From Penicillus capitatus (Eukaryota; Plantae; Chlorophyta), in contig OZ287698.1 in NCBI GenBank assembly GCA_965649825.1, positions 511,949-575,948 on the forward strand: DNA of 64,000 nucleotides, given 5' to 3'. Each line of letters opens with the position of its first letter. The first letter of the stretch is position 1. A program made the translations under genes and the position numbers. The notes under the pieces were generated by a model. The model worked only from the letters and a program-made list of their open reading frames with translations, did not search any database and was not told the DNA's origin. Shown here piece after piece: positions 46,926 through 60,600 of this stretch.

Positions 46926-49900
46926 GATCTTCTGAAACATTTTTTGCACCAGATGATACAGGTTATCATTCTGCTTCTTCAAATCCGCTTTCAGCTTCTC
47001 GTTTTCCTTTTTTATTTCCTTCTTTAGATGCTCGTTTTCCTTCTTCATTTCCTTTCTCAGATTGTCATCGTGCTTTCTCAATTCAATCTTCAAATTCTCA
47101 TCTTGTTTTCTCGTTTCCTCTTTCAGAATCTCTTCAGTTTCCTTGATACATGACCTACAGAGTACAACGTTAGTTGATCATAAAGAGGCATGCTGTTTTA
47201 AGTAAAGAAAACAGCTTCTACTTCATGAAACGTACTTGAACCGATCATCCAACATGCGCACCTTTCCCGTCCACGAAGGTATATCGTGAACGGCGCCACC
47301 GTCTGCGTACTCCAGAACGCACAAGTACTCACCTGTGTCTTTCCTGTAGCCAGTGGCAGAGATGTATATCAAATGTCCTTGCGTTCTACAATGTCTTACT
47401 CAATCTCCTTTCGCTTCCTGCCTTCAAGCGATGCTTCACAGGCGTCAATGAAACTCGCCCTCGCCATCAACATCTGAGACTCTTCCGAACTCTTTGTTTT
47501 GTCAAAAGTGTCTCCCATGATGGCGATGAGAAGATTCAACAGCAGGATGACAGCAACGATCATGTACAAGCCGAAGAATAGAGTGAAGAGGGGAGTGAAG
47601 AAACGATTCACGTCAGGAAACTGCAAATGAAAACGCTGATCAATGCCGACTGTCAAGAGGGGACTACCTCGGCTTCAAAATCCCCAAAAAGGGCATAGAA
47701 GAGGGTCAGCAAGCTATTGGGTAAAGAATCGTAGTCTCTAAGGACATCTTCATGTCTTTCACTGTCGTCATTGATGCCCGGCACATCATCTGCAGGTGCA
47801 TGTCGATGGAGGATGTGCAGTGCCAGTCCGAATCCGAAGACAACTGCAAACGACAACACCAAGAAGGCGAAGCAGTCGACGATAACATTCCTGACCATCA
47901 ACACCAGAGCACCAAAACTTTGAAATGGTTGCGCGAAATACCAGGCCTGTGATGAACAGAAGATATCATTGAAAATCCGACATGGCTGGAATGACCTTCG
48001 TGGACATCAGTACGGCTTCCAATGCCAGTGTCGCTGAAAGTGCTTGATCCAATACAGAACTGAGGCTTTCCTGGCTTCCGTTGGATGGCACTGTCTTTGA
48101 ATCTGATACACGGCAGGCTGATATGTGCAAGGCTGGTATAAACAACAGCAAAAGCACGCATGAGGCAAGGTCTACCCAGTTCCAAATGGACTTGAAGAAG
48201 TAAGCCACTCCACTTATTTTGCTACCAAGATATTTATGCCCATCTTTTACGAATGTTTTGAGTTGGCATAGTTCTTCGTACAACATATGCATTCCAAAGA
48301 GAACAATAAAAGCGAGAGAACAATGCTTAGCGCTATCTATGAAGGGATCATCTTCGCAAACTACTGAGGATCTGGCAACTAGAGTGGAATATGTAGTAAA
48401 CAAAATGAGATATATCGCATAAAAACCGGCATACCGACGAAAACGCTGTTTCCAGAACGCTGACCATTTGTACTGAACGACGTTTTTGACGGCTTCACTG
48501 CAAAAGAGATTCACCGGAGCATTCTGCAGCAATAGTGGCCGAATAATTCCATTCATTCCAATTCGAGCAGCATCTTCGATGCGCAGGATTTTCAAAGATG
48601 CCTGTACAGTTGCTTTGTCGTCTTCGCATTCTCTTTCCTTGGCGATCTGCTGATTCCTTTCTTTCCATGTTTTCTCTATAACCTTTGGAGAGTCAATAAA
48701 CGCCCAATCCAGAACTGTATTGGTTGTGCCCAAAAGTGAGTCTTTACTTCCATTGGACGCCAATTTCAGAAAATCGTCGTGGATTCTGGGTTGGCAAGTT
48801 TCGGAAAACATAGGCTCCTGGGTTAGAATGGTCATCATTACCTCGGGATACTCCTTCCACAGCTGCTGGTAATACACTTTCATGATCCGCGATGCACTTC
48901 TAAACGGTGTCGTTGGAGAACATATCAACTCCACCGCCTCTTTCACTCGCTCCTTCGATTTCTCATCCAAGGCTTCTTTCAGTATATTGGATGACTCTTT
49001 TCTTCGCGGTCGATTACTCTTCGTCGGTGTGATGCTCAAACAGCGTCGCAGAAAGTCTTTGAGCTTTCTCTGAAAAGTGAAACAGTTAGTCCATTTCGAA
49101 ACAGAAAGCATGAGAGATGTTCTCACGATGATATTGCGATCGGCAGGCTTGATCGCTTCCTCTTTCACATCGTCGAAGCAAGGAACGTCTCCCACATCCA
49201 GCAGAACACCACTCTTCTCGGCATGAGCGATGCAACACTTCACTACATCTCTATCTCCGTTCCCGAAGGCTTCACGGAAGAACGACTGTCCGGATCCGTA
49301 AGGCGTGTTGACAAAGGAAGGACCGTTTCTCACCGCTAATCTGCAGTACACTGTCCTACTTAAGCGGCTGCATATCGATGAATGTGCTCACCTCTGAAAG
49401 CACTTGTGGATGTCTTCACGATCTTTGGCGTCAAGCTTCTCGTACCTTGCCGTACTGTCTGCTGTGTCCCGAAACTCGAAGCATCGAATGCGTTGTTTTC
49501 CCAATGTAGGAAAGAAGCTGAGGTCCAGCTGCCCTCTGTCAAAGAAAATCTCGGAACCGTCGTCAGATATTCCACAGAACACAGTCGACATTTTCTCTGC
49601 GGGACTTCTACCATCTTGACGTTTTGACCTTGTTTCAGCCAGTAGATCGATATTTCTTCCTTCTCCTAGAAATTTCGAGGTTCCGCGTAGCAGTGTTGAG
49701 AGGATCTGAAGAAGAGATTTATTACTTGAGTTTTGCGCCGGTTGAACGTCCAAGGTTCCTTCCTTGTTTCTTACTCTGCTGGTCGAACACATGAAATTGT
49801 ATTCTACCGAGTAGGCATCATCAAGCAACATGTCCATTTTGTCCGTTAGACTGAATGGAATATAAATGCGATGGAAGACTCTTTTATCTGTACAGAATGC

Positions 49901-52676
49901 CGTTGCTCGAGAGTACAGAGATCAGGAAAAGGTTACCCGATTCGTTGAAGATTCCAATCGTTATTCGGCTGTTGGGAATTTCGTGCATGTCAATGAAGCA
50001 GGTTGCTCTGCCGTCGCTTGACAGAGTGCAGTAGTCCGAAAGCATTTTGTATGGTTGCTTTAGAAGATCTTCCACTTCTTTCTGGCGACTGGAGGGATGC
50101 ACGACAATACTCTCTTGCATTCCTTGATCCCATGAGAGCAGGACGCAGAGACCATCATCAGAGACGCGCTTCTGAGTACCTTCTAGTCCGCGGTTGAGTC
50201 TTCTCGCGAATTCCCACTTCGTAGTGGCGGTCACTAATCCCAACAAGTTTGTGAAATCCACCTTGTATTCTATCTCGGACGTTGTCTCGCTTCTTAAGTC
50301 AAGGATGATCACTTTCCTGATGTCGAGGATCGTCACCTTATTCCGATCTGCTGTCTGAGATATCCGAAGGCATCTGTCTATATTCTCCAGATTGTTTTCT
50401 CGCATTTTCCTTGTTCGAATGTCGATGAACACTGCCGTCGGCTTGTCAATCAGAGAAAAGGCAACCAGTCCTTGATCTGGTCCGTTGCCGTTGTCGTAGA
50501 GGAACAGTCGATTAGGGATGAATGATTCTGAAGCTGCCTCTGTTCCAGCGTCTTTGAATGCCAGATCTAGATAATCTCCGGCTGCCCCTTCTTCAAGGCA
50601 AACGATTCTTGAGGATCTGATTGGCTGGGAAGGCGTCTCTCTGTCGGGAACAATAAAGGCAAGCCGCTTTCCGTCAGCAGACTGAGTGGCATCGGATATG
50701 TCACTGTTATTGTTAATAATTCTGGTGACTTTAGTAATCCATTCAGGAAACTCGTTGTCGTGTTCTCGGTCTTCCAGGGCACTTGCGAGTGACTGACTAG
50801 GAAGACAAGCATATGCCTTGAGGAATGTCTGATCACATTCCTCGGCACACGGCCTATCACTGAGAAACTCTGGAGTGCAAACGACGATGCCGCGGTTGCC
50901 CATAATCATGAAGTGATCTCCATTTGGATCAAACATCGCCTCAGTCGGCATCTCATGCGAAGCCGACTGCAAGCATTTTGGAGAATTAGAACTCCAGACT
51001 GTTGCCCCAGATCTGACAGCGGCAATGGAGCACGACTGAAACTTCTGCGAGAATGTACCGAGCCACTGTTTGTTCTTGGAGATACAAAACTTTGGATGCG
51101 CAGCTTCCATGATGCGATGCCGGTGCTTGCAAGATTCAATATCTAGATCTAACTGCGAAACCTCCGCGATTTCATCGACTGGTCTGTTATGTGTCTTCGA
51201 AGCTGCCTCGTTCGGTGTTGACTGTCTTTTCGCTGAAATCAACAACTCGTTGTTCTCGGAGTCGTTCACGACATCCCATATCAACATTCTCCGGTTTCCT
51301 TTCACGTCCATTTCTGCAATGAGCACTTCGATGCTTTCGCCCGTCTCGGAAAGAGGCTCTAACATTCGTGCTTCATAACGAGATTCTCCAGCGGGAAACT
51401 TCTTTTCCCAACGCGGCTTTGCTTGACGGCTTCTATGATGATGACGACTCAGATCTTCTGTTTTGTACACGGAAAGCGTCGGTTCTTCGGAATCTGTGCG
51501 CCACAGAAGCAAATACTGACCCTGTAATCCCCAGACGGCACAGGTGCCTTTCAAGGTTATCGAGTCCTTCTTCTGCGTCTTAGCGTCGAAATCCAACCTT
51601 GGCCACACCTAAGCGGAACGTCTACACACATGCCTGCGGCTACTTTGCATACCTCTGTCTTCGACACGGAGCACACGAGGACACTCTCACCATTCTCGGC
51701 AAGAAGGGGGAGCCCCTTTTGATGATGCTCATCATCTTTATCGAGCCGAATGATGATAGTGGTACTGTCTCCCTGCTTGAAGACCTCCATGGCGTTGATT
51801 TCGTAATCTCGTTCAGAATAAGTACTCGTGGAATGGGTGAGCAGCAAGATCTGTCCGTTCTTTGAAAACTGATGCTTGCGAACTGTACTCATCGGAAGCT
51901 CCGTCTCAATGGTGCTTTGAAATTTGTCCTTCATTTCAGTTGATAAAAGCAAGCGCATGCATTCCGTCGCGGACGCGTCCTCTCTGCTTGACTGGCTCTC
52001 ATCACTAGACCACGACAGCTTCATACGTCTGTAGTGTCCTTTAGTGTCGATTGCAATAAGTCTATCATTCTCATTGTGTTCGAAGCTTAAGCAATCGACG
52101 GGGTGTTCGAATGCCTTGCTTCTTTCATCGATAAGCTTAAAGTCTGCAGTTCTCCATAGCCTAATGTTGTGACATTTAACAGAATCGTGATTAAGGATGA
52201 GAGACGCACCTTATACCACCACTATCGTCTCCTGTCGCGAAGCACGTCCCGTCTGCCGAAAACGCGTGACAGGTGAAGAGTATATCGTCATTCGATGGTT
52301 CCAGCACTCGATAGGGGATTCCGTTCAGAGGCTTATAGTCGACGAGCGAAAAACGTGGCAGGCCTAGAAAAGAAAACACAGTGACTTTTAGACAGTCTCG
52401 CGTGACAGCACAGAAGTTGCCGAAGAAATGGTCCCGCCGCTACGGAGCCATTTGTACGAAACGTTTAGCAGAGAATTGGCAAAGAGGATGGACGAGCTGG
52501 ACGTCGAAGCAAGAACGGAACGGAGAACCTTCAACTTAAGACGTCAGACTGATTAACTTACGTTTGAGTGAAGTCGCTGTCGTGGACTCGTTTCGGATTT
52601 TGCGAGTCCGTGAGGATGCCTCCACATGCCTGCAGTCCTCCAGCAGAGGTTGACGTAGTTCGTGTTCGCTTCCCAT
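46746..52676 (-). CDS. WD40-like beta-propeller + TRP-like cation channel, paralog B
   Basis: Same exon structure as A, from MGSEHELRQPLLED; pore LFYALFGDFEAE; LLLNLLIAIMGDTFDK; ends GEGSSNP*. No disabling lesion found after splicing. Confidence 0.85.
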
Positions 52677-52819
52677 TCTGCGTCCCGTGAAAGTTCGCAT
52701 TTGCTGTCGAATTCGGTGGCACTGAAGGCCGATAACGTTCGTGCGACGTTCGCAACGAACGTAGGCAAGAAAGAAATCTAACGCACTAACTAAACGCAAG
52801 ACATGGTATCGATTTAAAT

Positions 52820-53990
52820 ACTAATAAGCACACGTGGCGACCACGTACTCGACGGACAGGCAGATTCCTCAGAGGAAGACGTCAGCTTCTATGCTGAAGA
52901 TCTCGACCGCTCTCTGCCCTTCAAAGAGACAAGCAGCAAAGTCAGGTTCTTTGACAAGCATTCGGCGATAGTCGTCGGACGACCCGTGAATCGTAACTCC
53001 GCAGAACGATGCCAACGCTATCCTTAACTGTGGCTGTCTGCGTTATGCGATGCACTGTCGCTTCTTCTATTCTCCGTATGCGCCTCTTGCTTGCTCAAAA
53101 GGCCTAGCACACCGAATACCCATTAATATGGGATTAGTCCTCGTTCCATCTCGTAGCAGAAACGTATTTCAAACGTTCTACTCTGTATCAGACGATCAGT
53201 TCAGCAACACTTGGTTTCATGTGCGACATGGATTCCTCATATAGCGCCAAACGACATCCGAGTTTTCAACAAGAACTGCTTTGAAGTACGCTGCACAGTG
53301 CGAAACAGAGGATCAGGATCTGGACTACGTGTTTTCTGACGCTTTTTTATCTGCAATGTCTGCGCAAAGTTACTGCTGTGTCTAGTGTGGAGATGCTCTT
53401 GTCAAGAAAAGATAAGAAATGCAGTATATAAAATTTTACAGTCAGGAAGAATGTCACAGTGCTGTGTGGATGTCGTCCATCGATGATGAACGTTGAGTCC
53501 AAGGAGACAAGGATTGTTTAATACATAATTACACAATTCGCCCACTCGTGCAGTTTACCGTCTCTCTCTCTCTGAACAGAGCAGAAACACAGAGATCCTG
53601 AGCTAACCATTGGCATCTTAGACGGATTCAGAGATGAAGAGACTCGACGCCACAGAGCGCAGAAGAACCCTGTGTTCATCTCTCCCTTATGTCTTCAACG
53701 CAAACGAGATGAGGTCGAAGCGATAGAGATCGATGTCGATATCACAGCCTCGACCGCCTCAGTAAAGGGGATCATCGTACACCTTCTGAGTCGTACTATC
53801 CAGCAATCGGCGAGATGCGTTACGAAGGAGCTTCATTAAGAAATGTCATTCGAAGCTTTGGAGATGCAACGTCCTTTGTTCTTTGTCCGGAAGATCCAGG
53901 CATTGTTCATAATGCCAGTGACTTTAAATAGCGACCACTGTCAGAATGTCGAACTCAAGTCCAAAGCGGCGGCGGCACGATGACACAATG
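52820..53990 (-). pseudogene. Decayed upstream gene of unit B (homolog of 32220-33421)
   Basis: Reverse-complement similarity to 32220-33421; QPQLRIALASFCGVTIHGSSDDYRRMLVKEPDFAAC. Confidence 0.35.
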
Positions 53991-56699
53991 GACATCTAAT
54001 CACAGTACAGTAGTAGTAGATAACAGATGCACAGATTTACTCGCGCAATGTTCTTTGTTTCACTGATTTGTCGTGAGAACACGAGAAAAGGTCTGGAATT
54101 TTGCGTTAATGGCATGCCCGTTCTCTTGTCGAGTAAGTGGGCGATATATCCGAGGTTAAAAACATGGCAGCTGCAAAAAGGATCCTAAAAAGCTGTAGAG
54201 GACAGAAGATGCACACGACACACTTACTGCTCATGCGGTCATTAAAGCGATGGAAGGGAACACTGCATACCAGAAAAAACGTTCTTCTTGTGACATCTTT
54301 GAGATGGTACAAGAACACATGGAGTCACGTAAATTATGTCTCTGTTCAATGTGTTTTGTTACGATGGGTTGGTGTTTGAAACCCCTGTCGCCACCAGATC
54401 CATTCCTGCAACTCGCGGCCATCGAGGTCCTGTCCGTATTATTCTGTCAGGCCATTCATTCTCTAATACGGGCGACGGCCCTCGTAGGCGATTCGACTGG
54501 GACCTATTGTATGTGTTATCGAGTGCGACTGCGTTCCACAGGACACTCACTGTGTTGCTGTGCTGATAGATTACAGAGGATCTGTCTTCGTCACCAAAGC
54601 GGAGTCGTCTTCTTCTTTCTCGAGTCAATTTGCACAAGAGGCCTGTAGATTTGAAGGTGCTTTAGCAACCGCAGCTTAAGGAAGGTTCGAAGCGGCCAGT
54701 GTCTCGCAGACAAGCTCTAGTTATACTGTTTACAGCGTATCTTGGATACAACAAAGGGGAACATGGTTTATGCAGCATTGGCAATAGCTCCCATACCGCG
54801 AACAACAGTTGAAGCACAAATGGCACAGATTTCTCTATGCTCATCTTCGTAGAAGGCTTGGCAAAGTGCCGTCACGTCATCCAACGAAACCAGTTTCTGC
54901 GACAAGCTCGAAAAAACATACAAAAAAGCGATCGCCATCGTTTACTGTCAGATCATCCACGAAAGCGACGAGTCCTTTTTTTGAGAATTCGACGAGAGGA
55001 GATTGCATTCACTGCACCAAATGACGCTTCTGGGTTTTTAATCTCAAGCTCAAGTTAAACAATCTTGTCAAGGATCTCGTCAACAGGAAGAACACGATTT
55101 TGTTGCGTCGGCAACTATGACGGCAAATCTTCTGATGATGGGACGGTGGTCGTTTAATGACAAAACCAATGTCTTTACATGGTTCTACACGTTACTCGGT
55201 GGATGATTGCAAGATTCATTCGGTTGTGTATTCAGCGACAACCTTTTCACATAGTCGCCAGACGCTCGCGTATAAACAGTCACGTATTTCAATCAGTGTC
55301 GAATCTAGACCTTCTTATGTCGAGATAAGTATATCTCACACTTCTGCCATGCCTTTATTCGTAAATCTGCGAGAATGAACAATCCAAGGACGGATGGGAC
55401 TCGCCAGATGCACGTCTTGCGAAATGCTGTTCATAAACTTATTTGGGACAACAATTATCAGAGAATCAAGAAGACTTACAACATGTCTCCTTTACTCTGT
55501 TGAATCAGTACAAGTTCAGAATGACATCATCGCGCAAACTTAAGAATTGGATGTGCGTTGTTTTTTCTTCGCACCTTCCAGATTTGCAGGAACATCAAAT
55601 GAATCTTCCAAGGAAAGAAGCATTCTTATGATGCATCTGGACTCTACAATATCTCAGTGGCCGATAAACGTCCAACGTGCCGAAGACAGCCTGGAAGAAA
55701 CAAACGTTCTCATGAGGAATCCGTTTCGAGTGTGTCTTCCAAAGAAGAGACACCGACGAAGGGATCGATCGACCCACATCGGGATCCGCCTGCAAACAAA
55801 CCTTGTCCAGAAAGGACATCCGGTTGATAAGACCCTTTCATCTCACGGAGATTAGAAGCTTGGGGGACTTTCAGTTTCGGGCATCGATGTGTTTAACGAT
55901 GTAAAGCGCCTCAACTTCAAAGACATCCCCTGTCCAGGGACTGATTCTCCGCGTCTGGTCTAGTACTGTGGGGGTCTTTGAATGCAACCAGCCTATGGTT
56001 GACGCCTTGGTGCCAATGTGCTCTGCGGAAGGCCGAGAGCTCGAAACAGAGAAGGGAATGCGGATTACTTCCTGCCTCGTGATGAAGAGAATCAGGCGAA
56101 TCGGTAGCAGATCTGCTGAGATTCATCAGAGCATCGACAGATTAGTCGTTCTCCGACAGAGAATCTGACTGTCCGAATCGCTTTCGAAAAGACCGAGTAA
56201 GCGAGGATCACAAGTTCTGCGGCATTAAGCAGAACGAAGTCTACGGACGGTTAAGAAACGTCAATGCAGAGATGTTGTCTGCACTTTTTCGTCTAAACGC
56301 TAGTTATCAACGCTTGCGTATGAACGGGAGAGACGGCCTGGTAAGTATTAAGATATGGATACATATGTGCAGGCAAAAAGAAAAAGCCAGGCGGATACAA
56401 AACGACCTTGAATGTGCTCTACGAACAATTGTTGGAGGGAGAGAAGCGATATAGCCATTCTCCCACACAGTCTGTAAATTTAACGCATTTCGTCACGATC
56501 GAAAGACATAGAGATTCGCGTTCACGATCAGAGGAACAGCGAAGAGACGAGATAGAATGTGTCTCCGAAGCCAACAGTCCGTAGTGATAAGCAGTCCCAT
56601 GTGTCGACAGCTCTCTGGGTCAGCAATGCAAACGGAAGTTGACGATGACCCATACTGGCAGAAATGCCCGACCGTGTTCCGAAGGCTGACGGGACGTCA

Positions 56700-57470
56700 G
56701 TGCGGAAGGTAATCGTAGAAATCGCGAGCTCGACGCTTTGGGAGACATGACGGCCTGCATGACACAGGGCTTCTCTTTAAGGTCGGAGACATGTTACTAA
56801 GCTCTCTAATGCGCAACGCGTGATCGATGACTAGATCTTATTCAAAGATTCAATTAGCCGATATCAGGCAGAGTTAAACATAACGTTGGTTCTGCTTAAT
56901 CGAGATGTTGTCTCCTTGAGGAAATTGTTGTCACCGGCCAGAAAAGTGCATGGAAACAGAGAAGCTCAAATCAAATGCATTCATTCCCAATAGCTGCACA
57001 ACTAGAGTCATTGAACTTGTTTGTGTAATCTTCTCTTCTAATTTGCCAGAGCAATCTGTCCTCTACCATATTACTCAAGAATTATCATGTCTTCAGATTC
57101 CACAACAAAGTGTTTCCCATTCTTCAGAAATGCATCGCAGAAAAAGATATCATCCTTGTCTCTTAAAAATCAACCCGTTGCACAAATCGGTGACCGAAAA
57201 GGGTCCCCACACTTAGGGTTTTTTTTTGTTTTTCTGGTCAGTCGTCTGCATTCCGCCCGATGCCTTACAGAGAGAAAAAGAAAAAGATAAGAATCGACGT
57301 CGAACGGTTCGAGCATGTTGACGAGAAGGATCTTATGTTCAGAATCGCTGATCACTTGATCCTCGCTCGACCGAATGCTGCTTGGAAGTTGCTAGAGAGC
57401 TTCTTTACTGTTTCTAGAATCGACCGAATGCTGCTTGGAAGTTGCTAGAGAGCTTCTTTACTGTTTCTTG
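56700..57470 (+). pseudogene. Decayed unknown gene antisense to and downstream of channel C
   Basis: KKKIRIDVERFEHVDEKDLMFRIADHLILARPNAAWKLLESFFT, homologous to the 46430-46610 region; contains stops. Confidence 0.4.
57367..57468. repeat. 53-bp-period tandem duplication
   Basis: TCGACCGAATGCTGCTTGGAAGTTGCTAGAGAGCTTCTTTACTGTTTCT at 57367 and 57420. Confidence 0.95.
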
Positions 57471-57603
57471 AAGCTCCGCCTCGATGGTCTCGCCCTTTAC
57501 TGTTTGCAACACCAGTTTCACCAGATCTTGTAATCTGTCGGCCGCATCCCGATCGGTCCCTCTGATTTCCCTTGCATACCATCCGCCTTTCTTGCGGTTT
57601 GTG

Positions 57604-60600
57604 TTATGGGTTCGACGGCCCTTCGTCGCTCGCATTTCCCGATCCCGAGCTATCCTCTTTCAGACATGCTGTATATTCTTGTTTGCCACCATCTCTCTCC
57701 ATTGCTGAGATATCGGCATCGTCCCGCTTGTCGCCACCTTCAACTGTCGGCGTTTGTCCCTTCGTCGTCTTGCTTTCTGTTTCAATCTTCTCAGCCATTC
57801 TTTGCATCAGACGATACAGTTTCTCATTTTGCTTCCTCGTGTCGTCTTTCAGCTTCTCGTTTTCCTTTTTCAAATTCTTCTCAGATTTCTTGATGCACGA
57901 CCTAAAGCGTACAACGTTGATTAATCATAAACACACATGTTTCGGATGAAAAGAACATCTCCTTCAGGCGACTGACTCACTCGAATCGTTCTTCCAGCAT
58001 GCGGAGCTTTCCCGTCCACGAAGAAGATACCTTGCGAGCCTCACCGTCTGCGTGCTCCAGTATGTACAGGTACTTGCCTGTTTCTTTCCTAAGTCCAGAC
58101 CAAAGAGTTAAGGTGAAGTGTCTTATCGCACTGCGACATCTCACTCAATCTTTTTTCGCTCTTTTTTAGTCAGCGTTGCCTCCCAAGCGTCAATGAAGCT
58201 CGCCCTCGCTATCAGCATCTGAGACTCCTCGGAACTTTTTGTCCTGTCAAAAGTATCTCCCATGATAGCGATGAGAAGATTCAGCAGCAGTATGACAGCA
58301 ATAACCATGTACAAGCCGAAGAAAAGAGTGAAGAGTAGAGTGAAGAAACGGTTCACGTAGGGAAACTGCAAATGAAAACACTGATCGATGCCGACTGTCA
58401 AGAGAGGATTACCTCGGCTTCAAATGCCCCGAAAAGAGCATAGAAGAGGGTAAGTAGGCTTTTGGGTAAAGATCCATAATCGCCAGTAAAATCTCCGCTT
58501 TTTTCACTTCTTCCATTGAAATCTCCGCCTTTTTCACCTTTGCCATTGAAAAATCCGCCTTCTTCACTGTCGTCATCAATGCCCATCACTTCCTCTGCAG
58601 GTGCATGTCGATGGAGGATGTGCAGTGCCAGTCCGAATCCAAAGATAACTGCAGAAGACAACACCAAGAAGGCGAAGCAGTCGACGATGACATTCCTGAC
58701 CATCAACACCAGAGCACCGAAGTTCTGGAATGGCTGTGCAAAATACCAAACCTGCGATGAACAGAGGATATCATTAAAAAACTGACACGGCTGGGATCAC
58801 CTTAGTAGACACTAGTACGGCTTCTAATGCCAGTGTCGCTGAGAGTGCTTGATTCAATGCAGAACTGAGACCTTCCTGGCTTCCGTCGAATGGTGCTGTC
58901 CCTGGATCTGACGTAAGACAAGCTGATATGTGCAGGGCTGGTATAATCGACAGCAGAAAAATGCAAGATAAAAGATCCAGCCAATTCCATTTTGATCTGA
59001 AAAAGTAAGCCGCTCCTCTCATTCGACTGCCAAAATGTACTCGTCCATCTTCAACAAACGTACAGATTTGATAAAGTTCTTCGTACATCATATATATGCC
59101 GAAGAGAACTAAAACAGCGAGACAGCAATGTCTCATGTTATCATCCGAAAGGTCTCCTTCGCAAACGGCTGAGGATTCCGCGACATAAATAGAGTAAGTA
59201 GTAAACACAGCCATGAATAGTATATAAGGGCCGACATACCAATAAAAACCTTCACCCCAGTATATTAACCATTTATACTGAGTGACAGCTTTGACGGCTT
59301 TGCTGCGGAAAATGTCTGTCGGGGCATTCCGCATTAGCAATGGGCGAATGATCCCATTCATTCCAATCCGAGCTGCATCCTCGATACGAAGGAATTTGAG
59401 AGATGCCTGAACTGTTGCCATGTCCTCTCCGTTTTCTCCTCCTTGAATAAAGAATTTCATAGATCGCAGCGTGGTTACTTTGGTCTCTTCGTGCTCTTCC
59501 CTGTCGACCATCGTCTGATCTTCTAACCCATTTCTTTTATCCAGACGATCGGGAGAGTCAATAAACTGCCAGTTTGAAACCGCGTCCGATGTGCCCTGAT
59601 TCCGGGTTTTGTCTTTCCAAGATGCTAAGCTCAAAAAGTTGTCGTAGACTCTGGGTTGGCATGTTTCGAAGAACATGGACTTCTGGAAAAGAGCGTTCAT
59701 TATAATCTCTGGGTATTCCTTCCACAACTGCTTGTAGTACGTTTTCATAAGCCATGCTGCGCTTCTAAACGGTGTGATCGGAGAGCATATCAGCTCGACA
59801 GCCTCCTTAACTCTCTCCATTGATTTCTCATCCAAGGCTTCTTTCAGAATATTGGATGACACTTCTCTCGATTGATCCTTCTTCGGGCGTCTGACACTCC
59901 ACCAGCGATCCCAAAAGCCTTTGAGATTTTCCTGGCGAATAGAATTTAGTGTATCTCAAAAAAGAAGGTGTACGAATGCTTCTTACAACGATATCATTGA
60001 AATCGGGAAGCTCGACTGCTTCCTCTTTCTCATCATCGAAGCGAGGAACGTTTCCCACATCCAGCAGAACACCAGTCTTTTCGGCATGAGCAATGCAGCA
60101 CTTCACTACTTCTCCGTCCTTGTTCTTGAAGGCTTCGCGAAAGAACGACTGTCCAGATCCGTAAGGCGTGTTGACAAAAGAAGGACCGTTTTTCGTCGCT
60201 AACCTGCAATACACAATCCCGTTTGGGCAGCTGTGGGTCAATGATTGTGTTCACCTCTGAAAGAAGCTGCCAATGTCTTTGCGATTTTTGCCATCAAGCT
60301 TCTTGTATCTCGTCGCACTGTCTTCTGTGTCCCGAAATCTTAAGCACAGGAATCGACGTCTCTCTTGTTCGGAGGAGAAGCGGAAGTGTCCGCCGTCCAA
60401 GAAGATCTCTGAACCGTTATCGGATATTCCACAAAACACAGTCGACATGTCCTCAACTAAGGTTTCGGGTTCTTGGCTTCTGTTGGCTTCTCTGTGATAG
60501 ACAGCGACCGTCTTCTGATGTTCCAGAGGATCTGAAAAGTGGTGTCGTAGGGGAAAAGAAGAGAAGGAAGTACAAGAGATCGAATTCCTTGTGTTGTCGA

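Noticed and set aside
59932-59986. Apparent frameshift making channel C a pseudogene
   Set aside because: A 55-nt GTAAGA...CAG intron, homologous to the 57-nt introns of A and B, restores the frame.
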